A DNA stretch of 64,000 nucleotides from Blepharisma stoltei ATCC 30299 (GCA_965603825.1 CBFDEM010000060.1:558001-622000); one strand, 5' to 3'. Numbered from the stretch's first letter, positions 51,001-61,014 are shown. Numbers and translations are program-made. Notes: generated by a model from the letters alone, not told the origin.

Positions 51001-51674
51001 GTGCAGACAGTTCCATCGCTAGTGTCACATGTATCACATTTAGGGTCGCATTCAGCACATGTGGTAGCATCACTAAAGTAATATCCGGTATCTGGAACAC
51101 AATCTGATCCTGTGAGAGTTGAGTGCTCAGGGCATTCGCAGTCTGGAGCCGCTGACATATGTGTTCCGTCTATGCATGCAGTGCAATCCGACGAACTGGT
51201 ACCGCAAGTACTGCATTTATCATCACAACAGCTTGCACCGCTACCGTGAACTGTAAATCCATCAATGCACGCAACACAAGTATCACCATCACCACTAGCA
51301 ACCATACTGCAATGCTCAATAGTCGAAGCTGTGCATCCACCTGCATCATCAGGTATGTCAGTAGCTGAATTAGTGCAAGTTTCGCACGTTGTTGCATCTT
51401 TGCAAGTTTGGCATCCACTTGCACCACCAGTGCAAGCAGCTGTTAAATATCTTTCGTTTTCCCACCAGGATCCCTCTACAGTCGTATTTTGGTCTTTTTC
51501 TGGAGCAGTTTCATTATTTTTGACAAGTTGATTGACTGCCTCAGAATCGTCGATAAGCAGTTTTGAGTGAATTTCAGAGCTTTTAAGGCTAGTTCTGGCA
51601 ATTGGATTGAGTTCTTCCGCTGTAGTTGCTCCAAGGATCAGGAGCAAAAAATAAGCAATTCCACCAGTAGGCAT
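42015..51674 (-). CDS. Cys-rich repeat / REJ-like / GAIN-GPS / multi-TM polycystin-1-like receptor, 3219 aa (paralog B)
   Basis: Same architecture as 28179..35870 and near-identical to it outside the repeat array; TAA stop. Confidence 0.9.
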   Translation of the reverse strand: MPTGGIAYFLLLILGATTAEELNPIARTSLKSSEIHSKLLIDDSEAVNQLVKNNETAPEKDQNTTVEGSWWENERYLTAACTGGASGCQTCKDATTCETCTNSATDIPDDAGGCTASTIEHCSMVASGDGDTCVACIDGFTVHGSGASCCDDKCSTCGTSSSDCTACIDGTHMSAAPDCECPEHSTLTGSDCVPDTGYYFSDATTCAECDPKCDTCDTSDGTVCTACTDTTHTSAAPDCECPDHSALTGSVCVPDNGYYFSDATTCAECDPKCDACDTSDGTVCTACTDTTHTSAAPDCECPDHSTLTGSVCVPDTGYYFSDATTCAECDPKCDTCDTSDGTVCTACTDTTHTSAAPDCECPDHSTLTGSVCVPDNGYYFSDATTCAECDPKCDTCDTSDGTVCTACTDTTHTSAAPDCECPEHSTLTGSVCVPDTGYYFSDATTCAECDPKCDTCDTSDGTVCTACTDTTHTSAAPDCECPDHSTLTGSVCVPDNGYYFSDATTCAECDPKCDTCDTSDGTVCTACTDTTHTSAAPDCECPDHSTLTGSVCVPDNGYYFSDATTCAECDPKCDTCDTSDGTVCTTCTDTTHMSAAPDCECPDHSTLTGSDCVPDAGYYFSDATTCAECDPKCDTCDTSDGTVCTACTDTTHTSAAPDCECPEHSTLTGSDCVPDDGYYFSDATTCAECDPKCDTCDTSDGTVCTACTDTTHTSAAPDCECPDHSTLTGSDCVPDNGYYFSDATTCAECDPKCDTCDTSDGTVCTACTDTTHMSAAPDCECPDHSALTGSVCVPDNGYYFSDATTCAECDPKCDTCDTSDGTVCTACTDTTHTSAAPDCECPEHSTLTGSDCVPDDGYYFSDATTCAECDPKCDTCDTSDGTVCTACTDTTHTSAAPDCECPEHSTLTGSDCVPDDGYYFSDATTCAECDPKCDTCDTSDGTVCTACTDTTHMSAAPDCECPDHSALTGSVCVPDDGYYFSDATTCAECDPKCDTCDTSDGTVCTACTDTTHTSAAPDCECPEHSTLTGSDCVPDDGYYFSDATTCAECDPKCDTCDTSDGTVCTACTDTTHTSAAPDCECPEHSTLTGSDCVPDNGYYFSDATTCAECDPKCETCDTTDGTSCTACKDATHMLAAPDCECPEHSTFDESVCVPDDGYYFSDATTCAECDPKCDTCDTSDGTSCTACTDTTHTSAAPDCECPDHSTLTGSDCVPDDGYYFSDATTCAECDPKCDTCDTTDGTVCTVCADTTHMSAAPDCECPEHSTLTGSDCVPDDGYYFSDATTCAECDPKCDTCDTTDGTSCTACTDTTHTSAAPDCECPDHSTLTGSVCVPDNGYYFSDATTCAECDPKCDTCDTSDGTSCTACTDTTHTSAAPDCECPEHSTLTGSDCVPDNGYYFSDATTCAECDPKCDTCDTSDGTVCTVCADTTHMSAAPDCECPEHSTLTGSDCVPDDGYYFSDATTCAECDPKCDTCDTSDGTSCTACTDTTHMLGVPDCACPSHSTFDESVCVPDDGYYFSDATTCAECDPKCDTCDASDGTSCTACTDTTHTSAAPDCECPEHSTLTGSDCVPDDGYYFSDATTCAECDPKCATCDTTDGTSCTACTDTTHMLGIPDCDCPTHSTFDSGTEVCVADDTYYFSSNTATSPCVEPCLWCSSETYCTKCSGVYNSLDSDGSCDNCLDDHTEFDTTVNDCVCVRGYYDHPGSCTKCMDNCAECVDESTCDQCDSSFYYTDSDSCEACDAPCKECVNEATYCEECLDASHMTLTDGVCTCNDENASFDLDTSVCTCNDYYYSLNAVCTACPGLCKKCSSNWSCSSCVDNAAVDNTNLCSCSNGYGKSGNTCQACKINCSICTKSVDTCNTCIKHASANSDGTCSCVSGFYQKDTKCVATCNQVCTTCSEDDGESCTACVTNAELVKSKCSCTANSSYDSNSQSCVCNGGYTLVSNKCIACKNYFVLSDVTDAYFDEYFSTITVTFSVGVDTTVSAACSNTIDWQSISKLGTGASCSWDGSNKLKIQLGKGFTIKVEKLYLLGTNIAKKEGTCSLNYTPLYITVRQTADPTPNAVISGPASYSLDCGNTALQYSGSKSTGNLNNPMIYTWSATSTPQNSGLTSYIEKQSSASLAITKLLFTSNVDSTLVVTLKVTNAFGGTNSASMTTAIKAAPSLQVVFDSGSTDTIKASDSRTYKASVATFCGDVSSVTYKWSYVALAGAPTIDSSAILSASKQQNKLVINKNMLPSGYSYQFNATATSQSSTESSVSGYSLLTITVTSSPLKIKLSKSSCTVASKNGFSINGDRSSDPDSSSTLLSYQWSCLYTVNATSCLGTDNKDLVSSATTSSLSIPSGKMIPGASYDITLLISAGSRNASATVTVQVSAATVASSSSIEIPYSSAKISAGSSYTLSPTATISSGSKIKWVCDSSAIKISPDNLPTISIPPNTFIQGSSYKFSFTITETSGNSLSSSIIVNINSGATCDGSVDIQPTSGTALQTTFVISIAGCYDQDGQDYPLTYSYDDVWNSVEYVLGATQDSSLSTGLFPNSNTIKIKACDQLLSCSTYQSKITVDSLKRKLEDTDYAAMYASATLDPDNIPSEISLIASSATIDNTLFSQMWSDLQSYAASQDSVSVSLFKSFAAAVLALSSQTDSMTVTLYENFMTWLNNLVTANSIAINTDASSILQIIVSLSNGYLDFGSKHADATMPFETYLLAADNFLTTFMTYITVDDLPGQSSLPASDSTSSIQFGKVRNFPDSISKTSQTFGFIDVTFPNKIPIDETEVTNFKANTYNITDGYAPWFSVSYTTSGRYQDYQYTATDEQYQSFNDDRYPVTVTIPYYKNATRGLSCVYYDTTTSTWDVNGCVITSQGVDTITVSLTHFSLFKLSETDFVPYIPPTYTPECGDNLAPTIIMIVSFFIGFVLMIITVFMDKSHNKASEKEDKKVTPVPELANNPVEPLKVDEMDKEDVEPLKVEALSEQSEPFTKVKMDLVQTEEVKSDPEKAQLAAENTEREVNNLGPSGHTKKGPEVDFYPKELYNEYRAKGNFRMLLEGHLTFGLVYYRKDLPRWRRAFILLAVIIFELLVEGCLFSGFEDTDKGREMSTQSIFDNYEGNYFGYTVLAVLIGVHLECALISCMEKGRRVVNILALLLGIAVLIGSVIGIVILNVDFCHNWSGYWAESFLWGILMEIFIVQIFYMLIRYIALLIKSRRAGTRKGKDTI
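46841..51170 (-). repeat. 180-bp (60-aa) coding tandem array, 24 copies
   Basis: gt(g/a)gtagcatcactaaagtaatatccg recurs every 180 bp from 46921 to 51061. Confidence 0.95.
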
Positions 51675-54600
51675 ATTTTATTAGATTAATAAAATGGATC
51701 AAACTAAATCAACATTAGAATGACTGATTTATGGAAGAAAATATATAAAATTTAATAATCTAGATGATATTTCTCAGTTTTACCAATATTTTGAATAAAG
51801 GAACCAGCTGAGCTTATCTTAAAAATTTTTTAGTTTTTTGGATATCATTATTTATAGCAGTCTAATCAAATAATGATATTCAAAGCTGCCACAAGAGCCT
51901 AAAAAATGATTTAAGACAACTGAATTTGAGTCTGCATTCAAATTAGCTAACATTTTTTATATTTTATAGCGACTCCTTATTTTTTATTCAACGACAAAAT
52001 GGTGCAATAGTGTAACCGTTCCTAAAATGGTCTTATTTAATAAAAGTTTTTAACTCGATAAAGAATTAATTTTTTGGAGTCCTATTACCAAATTACCTCA
52101 AAAACCTTATTAATTTCATTTTAAAGTCTTATCTTTGTATTTTTTGAACAATCGTAAATTTATTTCATTATCTTTCGAATAACTGATCTGCTTCAAATTT
52201 TCTTTTACTCTAGCTGAGATAAAAGCTGTATCTTATTGCAATGAAAAAGAATGATCTGGGAAAACCATTCGGTTTCTATTAATTACTATATCCTTTATTA
52301 TGGGAAAATGGTTAAAATATTTGAAAGCAAATTTTTTTTTTCAACAGATATTTCTAAGGAACATTTTAATATTAGTCCTAGATCAAATTTAAGTGTCAAG
52401 AGTCTAAAAACAACAATTTCTTAAATTTAAATTTTTTATTTTAAAAACTTATATATTTTAACTGCTTTCATCCCTCTATAGGCTTCTCTTAGGGACTTAA
52501 AAAATAAATATTGATGATTTTGGGTGGTTATCTTAAGAATTTTCTAAAAGTTTTTTTGGTAGAATTTATATCTGTTTTTGTTTCTAAATCTAATAAATTT
52601 ATAAAGGCTACTTATTTTGAAATTTTTAAATGCTCAAAATTCAATTGAAGACAATTGCTTTCAATAATAATCACAGAATGCTAAGAATTATAAGAGTTTA
52701 AGGGTCAATTTAAATTAAAAGGTCCTTTAAATGAAAAAGTTTAAGTATATGAGTGGTTTACTATTTTCTGCAGCACGGAGACTATATCTTTATTTGCTGA
52801 AGGATTTAACTTTTTATTTAGCTTTTAAATTAAGTGATTTAGGAAGCTAGTTGCACAATCAAATTTCAACAAAATTTTGTCTAAAAAATTATATATATTT
52901 TTTTGAAAAAATCTAAGAAAGCTTTTTAAAATTAGTGAGTTGCTAAATATCTATAGGTTTTAAAGGCTAATCTGAGCTGAAAGCTCTTCTAATTAAGTTC
53001 AAAAAAAATCAGTCCCACAGCAAAAGGGATAGCTTTCTTAACTTATTAAATAATAGTCTTAATTGCATCCAAAAAATTTTGAGTACCTTCTCTAATATAT
53101 TAATTGCAGTGTTTTCTCAATAGTTTTATGATTTATTGAATTTCAGAAATAGCTATTTATATTTTGATGAATTTATATAGGTGTTTAATAGAGTAATTAA
53201 TAAATTAGACCAGCCTTTTTAATCATACTATTTTGAAAAATATTTGGATTTTCTGATGCGTTTGCGATATATAAAAATCTAAAATAAATTTTATTTAGTG
53301 CCGTGAAAGCAGTGGCTTTGCATTTTTTAAGCATTTTTTTGTTCGAAAGACCTTTCATAATTCATAAGATTTGGCAAATATGATGAAACAATTAAGCAAT
53401 GAAATCTATAATAGAAGTTAAATCACTAATAAAAAAGCTTTGAATCATTTCTTAAAATAAATAGCATTAAAGGCAGATAAATTAAAGTAACTTTCCCTAA
53501 TATAAGAGCAGCATATGAAAACTTTGCATGTTTTGCTAAAATTTAGTTAGCTCTTATATTAAATCCAAGCTTTTATGAAGCAATTTCAACCATGATAGCT
53601 TATTCATATTGTCCCAAATTCTAAATTGGATAAATATGGAATCTGTTAGGCTTTATCTTTATATTTCTTAAACTCTCTTAGAATTTTCTTAGTCATATTA
53701 ACTTCGATAATTCAAGGGTTTAATATTTCTATTAATTTAGTTACTTAAACTAAAATAAAATTGCTCCTATCATTCGGGAAATTGCTTATTTCACTTTATC
53801 AAATTTAACATAATTTTTTTTGGTTTCAAATCTAATTGCCAGCTTTAATACTTATATCTAATTTAAAATCATTATCGTTTTCTATATTAAAACAAAGCTC
53901 TAGCCAATTTCTTAATGAATGTTTTACATAATAACAGAAATAGAATTATTTCCTTTTTTGAATTTTAAAGCTTTCAATCAGAATTATTAGATTTTCTATA
54001 AGAGACAAGATTTTTATCTTAAACTTTTCCAGGAGGTAAAGCAAAATTAAGATCTATTTGTATTTTAGTATTTTTATCTCCTGCTTATTATTATTATTAT
54101 TGAAATTAAAGCAATTTTAATAAAAATCAAGTGGCAAGTCTTCTTCGTTTTGGGTGGAATATATGAATTGGTATGAACTCTTTCTAATCTCTACACTGTA
54201 AATGGCCTTTATAAAGCATATCAAGATAGACCCTAGAGCTCACTCGAATTTAAATCACTTTTTTGTACTTATTAACAGAATGAATGCAAAACTTTTTAGG
54301 CTTCATTTCTTACACAGAAGAATAAGCAATTGCATTTAAAATATAAAATATTTACAAAGTATCATTAGATATTTGAGTTACTTATGAAGTCATGAAAATC
54401 TTAGTCATTTTATCTTAATTTCAGATTGTAAAGAAATTTTGGCCTTAAGGGAGAATTCATAACAAATTCTGGGATTTCAAATGCGGATCCGATTCTATTG
54501 AATTCTTGCCGCAATATCAAGAAAAATAAGCAACAGAGAGAGTAAAAGCGAGGTATAGAGTCAATTGGAATAAAATACCTTTTTAAAATCAGTTCAGTTG

Positions 54601-55576
54601 TATATTGAGGATGCTCATAGTGATTTATTATTGACAGCACGATATTGAATTAGTCTGCTGGGATTGAAAAGAAATTAAAGCAAGTATCTTTATATGAGAG
54701 TACTGAGTTTTCTTATTATTGAAGAAGCTTGTAAATATTTTAATAAGAAATTTTCGTCCAATATTTAAGCTTTTGGTAAATATTGAATAGCCTATAGTTT
54801 ATCTTACTTTAGTAGGAATATTCTCAAAAAATCCAACTTTTTATTATCTCAAATATTAAAAACTTAATAGCATAATACGGAAATTTAAAATTAATTTACA
54901 ATAAATTATAAATAATACCACTATAGCAAAGCCAAATTTAATATTCATGGCTAAATAAGACAATAATGCAAAATTCAGCATGCTATCTATTAATTCTTTA
55001 TTTATTCTTTAAAATTATTGCCATTTTAAAATTCTGTATACTGGGATTTATTGCATAAATTAGTAAAGATGACACGCAGAACTATGCTGGCATTCTTAAA
55101 TTTAGTTAATCTATCATTATTCTCATGCATTCTTGCTCTATTTCAATAAATCTGCGCAGAGTATATATTCTTAATTGTCCAATTATTAAAATTAGTATTC
55201 ATTACAAATTTTTAGTCATTATATTTAAAGCGGCAAATGAGAACTTGTATGGCTTTTTCTATCTTAGCAGCATCTTTATTTACAGATGAATGAGAAATTC
55301 TTGACCTTTCTAAAAAAGAATTTACTTGGGGGATCTTAATTCTTATTTTGAAAATTGCAGTCAAATAGTTTCTTTTAGCTAGAAGATTTCTGATATTCCA
55401 GTTTTCTCCCATTTGTAATAATTTTTAAGATAGGAACCCATAATATAGTAGCATCTATTTTTATCTAAAAAGCTTATATATTCGACTAGAAAATTCTTGT
55501 TCTCTTCAGCGTAAGAATTCATGTTTATTATGTAAAAATGTTGGCAGTTAAATATGTGTATATTTTTAAAAAATTA

Positions 55577-57304
55577 TTAGAGGAATTTAATCATTAACTT
55601 TTCCTGCAAATTAAACTTGTAGTAGCGTTCATTTTTCAAGCTAGTCGCAATATAAATTGCACCTTTATTGTATGACCAATAAACTTGAGAAGGGTATTGA
55701 TCGCTAATAATCGATTTTCCTACCTTTTTCCACACATTCTCATTACCTATTTCGCTTTCATAAACTGATCCATTATCGCATTCAATCAAATACAGCCTTT
55801 CTGTATTTATCAAAATTTTTCTTTTATACTCTGCAAAATCAAAAGGAATTCTTGAGAAGTCGTCATTTTCAATGGAATAGCGCAAAATATTGGGATTTCA
55901 GCACCCTGATATCAAAATATTTCCATTAAATACAGCACAATGGCACTTGCAGTCTGCTATTGGAAGAGGATTTAAATAAATTCATTGATTTTCATCTAAA
56001 CTAAATTTATCTGAAAGGGTTAGAAGAATTGTATTTGATCCTCCAAAGCAGTAAATATTTCTGTTGAAATAAATAGCTGATGACCCTTTGCAGGGTATCC
56101 CAGAAGGTAGAATTCTAACTCTATTATTTCCATCAATCACCAATGAAATGCCAGACGCTGGATTATTCCCAAAACAAAATAATTCCCCATCTGGGAGCTG
56201 AGCTATACATGTTCCATCAGTCAAAATCTCTGGAGCCTCAAAATTTTGAGCTTTTTCTCTTTCATTTTCAGTATCGTAAACAATCAATCTATTTCTGTCA
56301 TATTTATCTCTGTCAATAAGATAGAGAGATGTTTTCTGATGATAAGCATCAATATATCTTTGAAAAGCCAAGCTTACTGCTGGATTAGTAGTATAGGCAT
56401 ATTTAGTTACAGGCTCTCTAAAATCTTCCTCTATTTTTGAGTTATTTGGGATATTTCAAATATTAAAAATTTTGTTTTCGAGAAGCAGCTGAAGATTTTC
56501 GTCTGAATTTTTGGCATCTTGAGGAGGATTTTGCTGGTTTTCTATTAGGAGATTAGGTTTTTTAAGGTCTTCAAACTCAAATTTAGAATTCTCTGAAATG
56601 AGATCTGAAATAGAAGCTCTTATCCCTGCTAATTGATTATTAGCATTTAATTTATTTGAAGTTATATCTTTTTCATACTGCTTAAGGCATTGCTGGATTC
56701 TCAAAAGTTTATTTACAAAATTTCCATTATTAGCTTTAATGAATCTTTTAAGTTCGCTATTCTCATGCAAAGATGTTGCTAGCTCCATGTTAAGTCTTTT
56801 AATTTCGTTGTCCTTTTCAAAGCTTAAACTCTGAAAATGGTCTAAATTTGTTTTAAGCCACTCTATATGATTGATTTTTATCTCGATTGATTTTTTGTAA
56901 GAAATTAGCTTATTTTCAAGCATCAGATTTTTTTCTTTTTCATTGTTATACAGACTTGTAATATTTCCTATCTGCTCATTTCCCTTTTTTAAGCTGTCTT
57001 CAAAGAACGCTTCTCTAATATTAATCGCTTCTATTAAATCTCGCTTAATTTGGCATTCTCGCTGAATTTCAGGCATTTTTTCTTTAAAACTGCTAATTAT
57101 TGCTTTAAGCCGATGATTGTCAATTAGGACTGTGTTTTTTAATGCTGCACCTGTAAGAGGACTGGTTTTATTTTTTTGAAACCAAGCAGTAATTGATGCT
57201 CGTTCATAGCTGTGGCCATCTGGCGCTACCACCGGATCTTCCATCAAGTCTCCTGTTATAGGGCAGCAGTAGTCATCTGGAACATCAACAAAGTTTTCTA
57301 CCAT
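55577..57304 (-). CDS. U-box E3 ubiquitin ligase with coiled coil and C-terminal Kelch-like propeller, 575 aa
   Basis: Canonical U-box (PDDYCCPITGDLMEDPVVAPDGHSYERASITAWF..SPLT). Three ORFs share one frame and are joined through 3 TGA. Kelch features: ELFCFGN, NIYCFGG, FSLDENQ-W-IYLNPLP. TAA at 55579-55577. Confidence 0.88.
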
Positions 57305-57399
57305 TTCAATAAAAATTTAAGAGATATTTTCAAATAATCAATAAAACATAAATATGAAGTATAAGAATCTTGATGACTTGCTTTCTTCGAGATGCTCGC

Positions 57400-58480
57400 C
57401 TGTATCCTATTTTGGTTTCTCATAGGGCCATAGGGAACCAACTATTAAAGTCATTTTTGCAGACCACCCTAAATCTTCCATCACTCTTATCAGCCGGCCT
57501 AATTTTTGTCGTACTCACGATTTCTCCAGAATAGCGTCTTTATCTCTTTATCTCCACAGTTCTATCTTCCATCAAATATCTCAGATTTGTATCGGATTTG
57601 CAAATTTTAAAGAGCAGCAGTGATGATTTGCCTCTTTATCTTAAGTCTTTCTATATTTTAGCTGATACAATTAATACTCCTTAACAGTTATTTGAGAACC
57701 CCCTTATAAAGGATCGTTTTCTTCATGCCAATTGAGTAGTTGTATATATCTATACTCCTCAAATCTTCACATTTCGTAGAATCAAAACCTTTACTAATGC
57801 CGAGAAAAGCACAAGGCATCCGCTTTTTAGTCTGCAGTAATTTATTAGTGTTTAAAAGCGACAAAATTTGTCTAATGTCACCATCTTGACATAATTTCCG
57901 ATTGTATTCTGACTTAGAATGGCTTTTGTATATCTAATCAATCTTCTTGCTAATCTACATGCCCTAAAGATGTGGTCTAAAATCATCCAGTTGCATTGAA
58001 TAAGGCTTCTTTTGATTATTATTACTGTTTTGTATCCAATCCTTCGAAAAATCTCCTTTGCCTTCATATGCGTTGAACCAATTTATAGTTATTCCTTTAA
58101 TTGATAATAAGACTAGCAGATGCATTATCTGGGCTTGCTACTTTTTGTTGACAAATGTTTTTATACCGTGCTAAATTCATTTCTTGTAGGTAGAATTCTA
58201 GTAATCAACTCTTCTAGCTTAATCCTGCCCTAGCCTTGATATTTTTGCACGATCATCACATAATGCTTTCTTATTCCTGCTTTGCAAATTTAGCAGGGAC
58301 TGCTCTCTTTGCTCTTACTATCCTCATGAATATTCGAGGGTCCTGACTCTTACCAGCACCTATATAGCCATTTTTCTAATGGCTGTTTCTCATCCTTTTC
58401 TTAACTATTTCTACTTAAAGTCATCACGGTCTCTCTTATATTGGCGAATTTGTCTTTTCCTACACGTTGATTCGACAACT
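57400..58480 (-). mobile_element. Decayed non-LTR retrotransposon reverse transcriptase relic
   Basis: Ordered RT motifs on the minus strand across frameshifts: KVASPDN (about 58145-58125, region 0), GDFSKDW..TVIIIK (domain 1), LDDFRP-SL (about 57990-57965, domain 2), CAFLGISKGFDST (about 57813-57775, FxDxSKAFDS motif), KGVL (GVPQG position). Boundaries approximate. Confidence 0.75.
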
Positions 58481-61014
58481 TAAGCTAAAAGGATAAATTC
58501 TAAGAGATGTGATGATTTTTGGCAGTGCAACATAAAATCGTTTTAGAATTATAGGCCCCTTTTTGAATTAAGGCTGAATATTTTAGGAATATAAGTTAAT
58601 AAATTTATAAAATTATCTTAGAAGAATGATTATTTTCGATCTAATAAATAAAATTCTAAAACTTTTACAATCCAAATACATTTTGGTAGATGTCGATATG
58701 GAAGTTAAGCTTCAAAATGAATAATATTTTCTTTGCCTATTATATTTTTGTGCCTTCTTAGGTTTTTTAAAGCATTTCTTTAGCTTCTCAAAGTTTCTGG
58801 ATATTGCGATAAATGCTCTAAATCTTAACTTGAAATGTCATAAAGTTATTTATTAGAAGTAGCATACATCATGTGACCTTTCTTCAGATTTAAATAAGTA
58901 TAAATTATGCTGAGGAAGAAGTCGGGCAAACTATAATCAAAAAGGTCTCGATCTTAGTGCTGTTGCCTCTTCTAAGGGAACGTTGAATAGCTTGATTGTT
59001 GTATTTTTAGTCAAAGTTTCTCCAGCAAAACAATCGTTAAAATTTGTTAAATTGTTTATAAAACTTAATAGAATCTAAAAAAGATACTTTTAATATAGAC
59101 AGCAATAAAAATTTATAATTTATCAGTTGATAAATAATAATTCTATAAATTTTAAATAATTTTATGTATTAATTCTAAAGTAAATATATTTCTTACACAA
59201 TAATTGCGGCTTAGCTGAATAGAATACATGCTGATGATCATTAAAAATATATCTCAAAGTAGGGGAATTGTCACAATCGTTGCATTTGCTCATAAAATTT
59301 AGTTTAGAATATAGTAAATTCTCTATTTTTAATTAAATTATTATATAAATAACTTTTTATAATTAAATCATGCTCTTCAGTTAAAAATTCAATTAATAAC
59401 AGAATTTTAATTTGAAAACTGAATTTAATTTTTATTTTTAAGTTCTAATTTAAAAAATAAATCAATTCAGCGTGAAGACTGTATAAAATAATAAGGCATT
59501 TTAGACGGGGCGATGACTAGTGGGTTGCCACTTATGGCCGAATTCTTATTTGAATTTTAATTTCACGAACGGAAACTCCATAAACTGCAAAGCTTGATTC
59601 TCAATATAGCACTTGCTTGAACATTCCTCATCCGATTTAGGTTAAAAAACCAATGGTAATCTTACACTCTTCATTTCCTGAAATTATATAATCAAATTTC
59701 TAAAACTCTCCACAAACTCTCACTCAATGCATGCGCCTCAAATCCTCCACAAAGCACCAAATCCGCTGTTTTTTCTCTTATTTTTGGCACAAAGTGCTAA
59801 AAATGAAATTAAAATTAATTAAATATCTCTTTATAGAATGCATATTTTATCATTTTAATCGTATTAAATGCCAATAAAATTTGTTAGTTAAGTATAGAGA
59901 TGCTATGGTGCACTAAAAATCATGCTATTTAAATAATTCTAGACTTTTAAAGAGAAAAGCCAAAACAGGAAGAAGGTATCAGACTTATAGTAAATGTGTC
60001 TCATGACTCAGAATTCTGTAAAAGAAAACTTATCTGGGAAATTTACATAATCCTTTTATTAAATAAAAGATATAGCTCCTACACTGCGTGATTACTAATA
60101 TAATTTTGTGTAATTGAATATTTCAATAATTGTAACAAATAATGATAAAAATAGTTAACCTTAATAATTTATTTTATCTAAATTAGGAAAATTTAAAGAT
60201 CCAAAACCCTTTTATTTGCTTAAAGGCTATATTTATATTAATTTATATTAAAATAATGAGCTGAAATGAATAATATTTTTTAAAGCGCTTTAAGTTTAAG
60301 AATACGATGCATATTTACATTCTCTGCTTCGAAAAAAATCATAACAGCTTAAGATAGAACCAAAATCCTATAATTTTCATTTTCTGTGGAAATTTTACAA
60401 ACAAAATCGCCATTATATGAGTTCTATTCTTATCCGATTAAATTAGCTAACCTGAGTATTTGAATAAACATAGCAGCCCATAGCCTAGACAACGGTTTTT
60501 AATATTTTGATATGCTTCTGTGGTTATCAGCACTTAATAGAATGCAAAAGCTATAATTATAATTACTAAAATTGGCTCATTAAACTTTTAGATTTATAAA
60601 TAAACCAGAAATTAATAAAGCTTTATTTGTTAATTAATATTAAAATTGAAAACTTTACAAAGAAGGAGATCAATTAAAATATAATTAATTAAAAGCAGAG
60701 ATTAACTAAATAAATAAAGCCATTAATTTAGCAATGCTTTATTGCAAAATCTACTTAAATAGCATAATAAGTTTACTTTATTTTATAATACCATAAATAA
60801 TTCAAATTTTAATATAAATTAACTATTTGCGACATAATTTAGGTACAGAGCTCAACAAGTTTAAATTGATTTTTATTTTTATGGTAGTCTTTTGGTTATT
60901 TCTGAACATTTAAAAAAATAGCAGTTTCTTAATTCGAAAATCTGGAATATATATAGGGATTATTAAAGTCAATATTCAAATTATTTTGTATTTATTATTC
61001 AGTTTATTTATTTA

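Larger units (their letters stand above)
27705..55950. repeat. Roughly 14-kb tandem segmental duplication (left about 27705-41490, right about 41497-55950)
   Basis: Colinear matches: 27760 vs 41542 (aagtatacgct), genes A vs B, 35880-36280 vs 51685-52100, 37540-38770 vs 53240-54860, 40990-41470 vs 55460-55940. Confidence 0.85.

Noticed and set aside
33017-51100. Long alternative-frame ORFs over the arrays (e.g. 33911..35173, 46622..48232, 48272..50020, 50033..51100)
   Set aside because: By-products of a stop-free 180-bp unit repeated in tandem; they end where the arrays end.
46841-51170. CRISPR-like or non-coding satellite array
   Set aside because: No unique spacers; the units are in-frame coding repeats in a eukaryotic gene.
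4000-57304. Functional coupling of the Ub-fusion and U-box genes with the receptor cluster
   Set aside because: Only adjacency supports it; their co-duplicated copies are broken fragments, as expected for passive passengers.
59500-59790. Possible WD40-like relic on the minus strand (DYIISGNEECKITI)
   Set aside because: One weak motif among TAA/TAG stops; too little to call.
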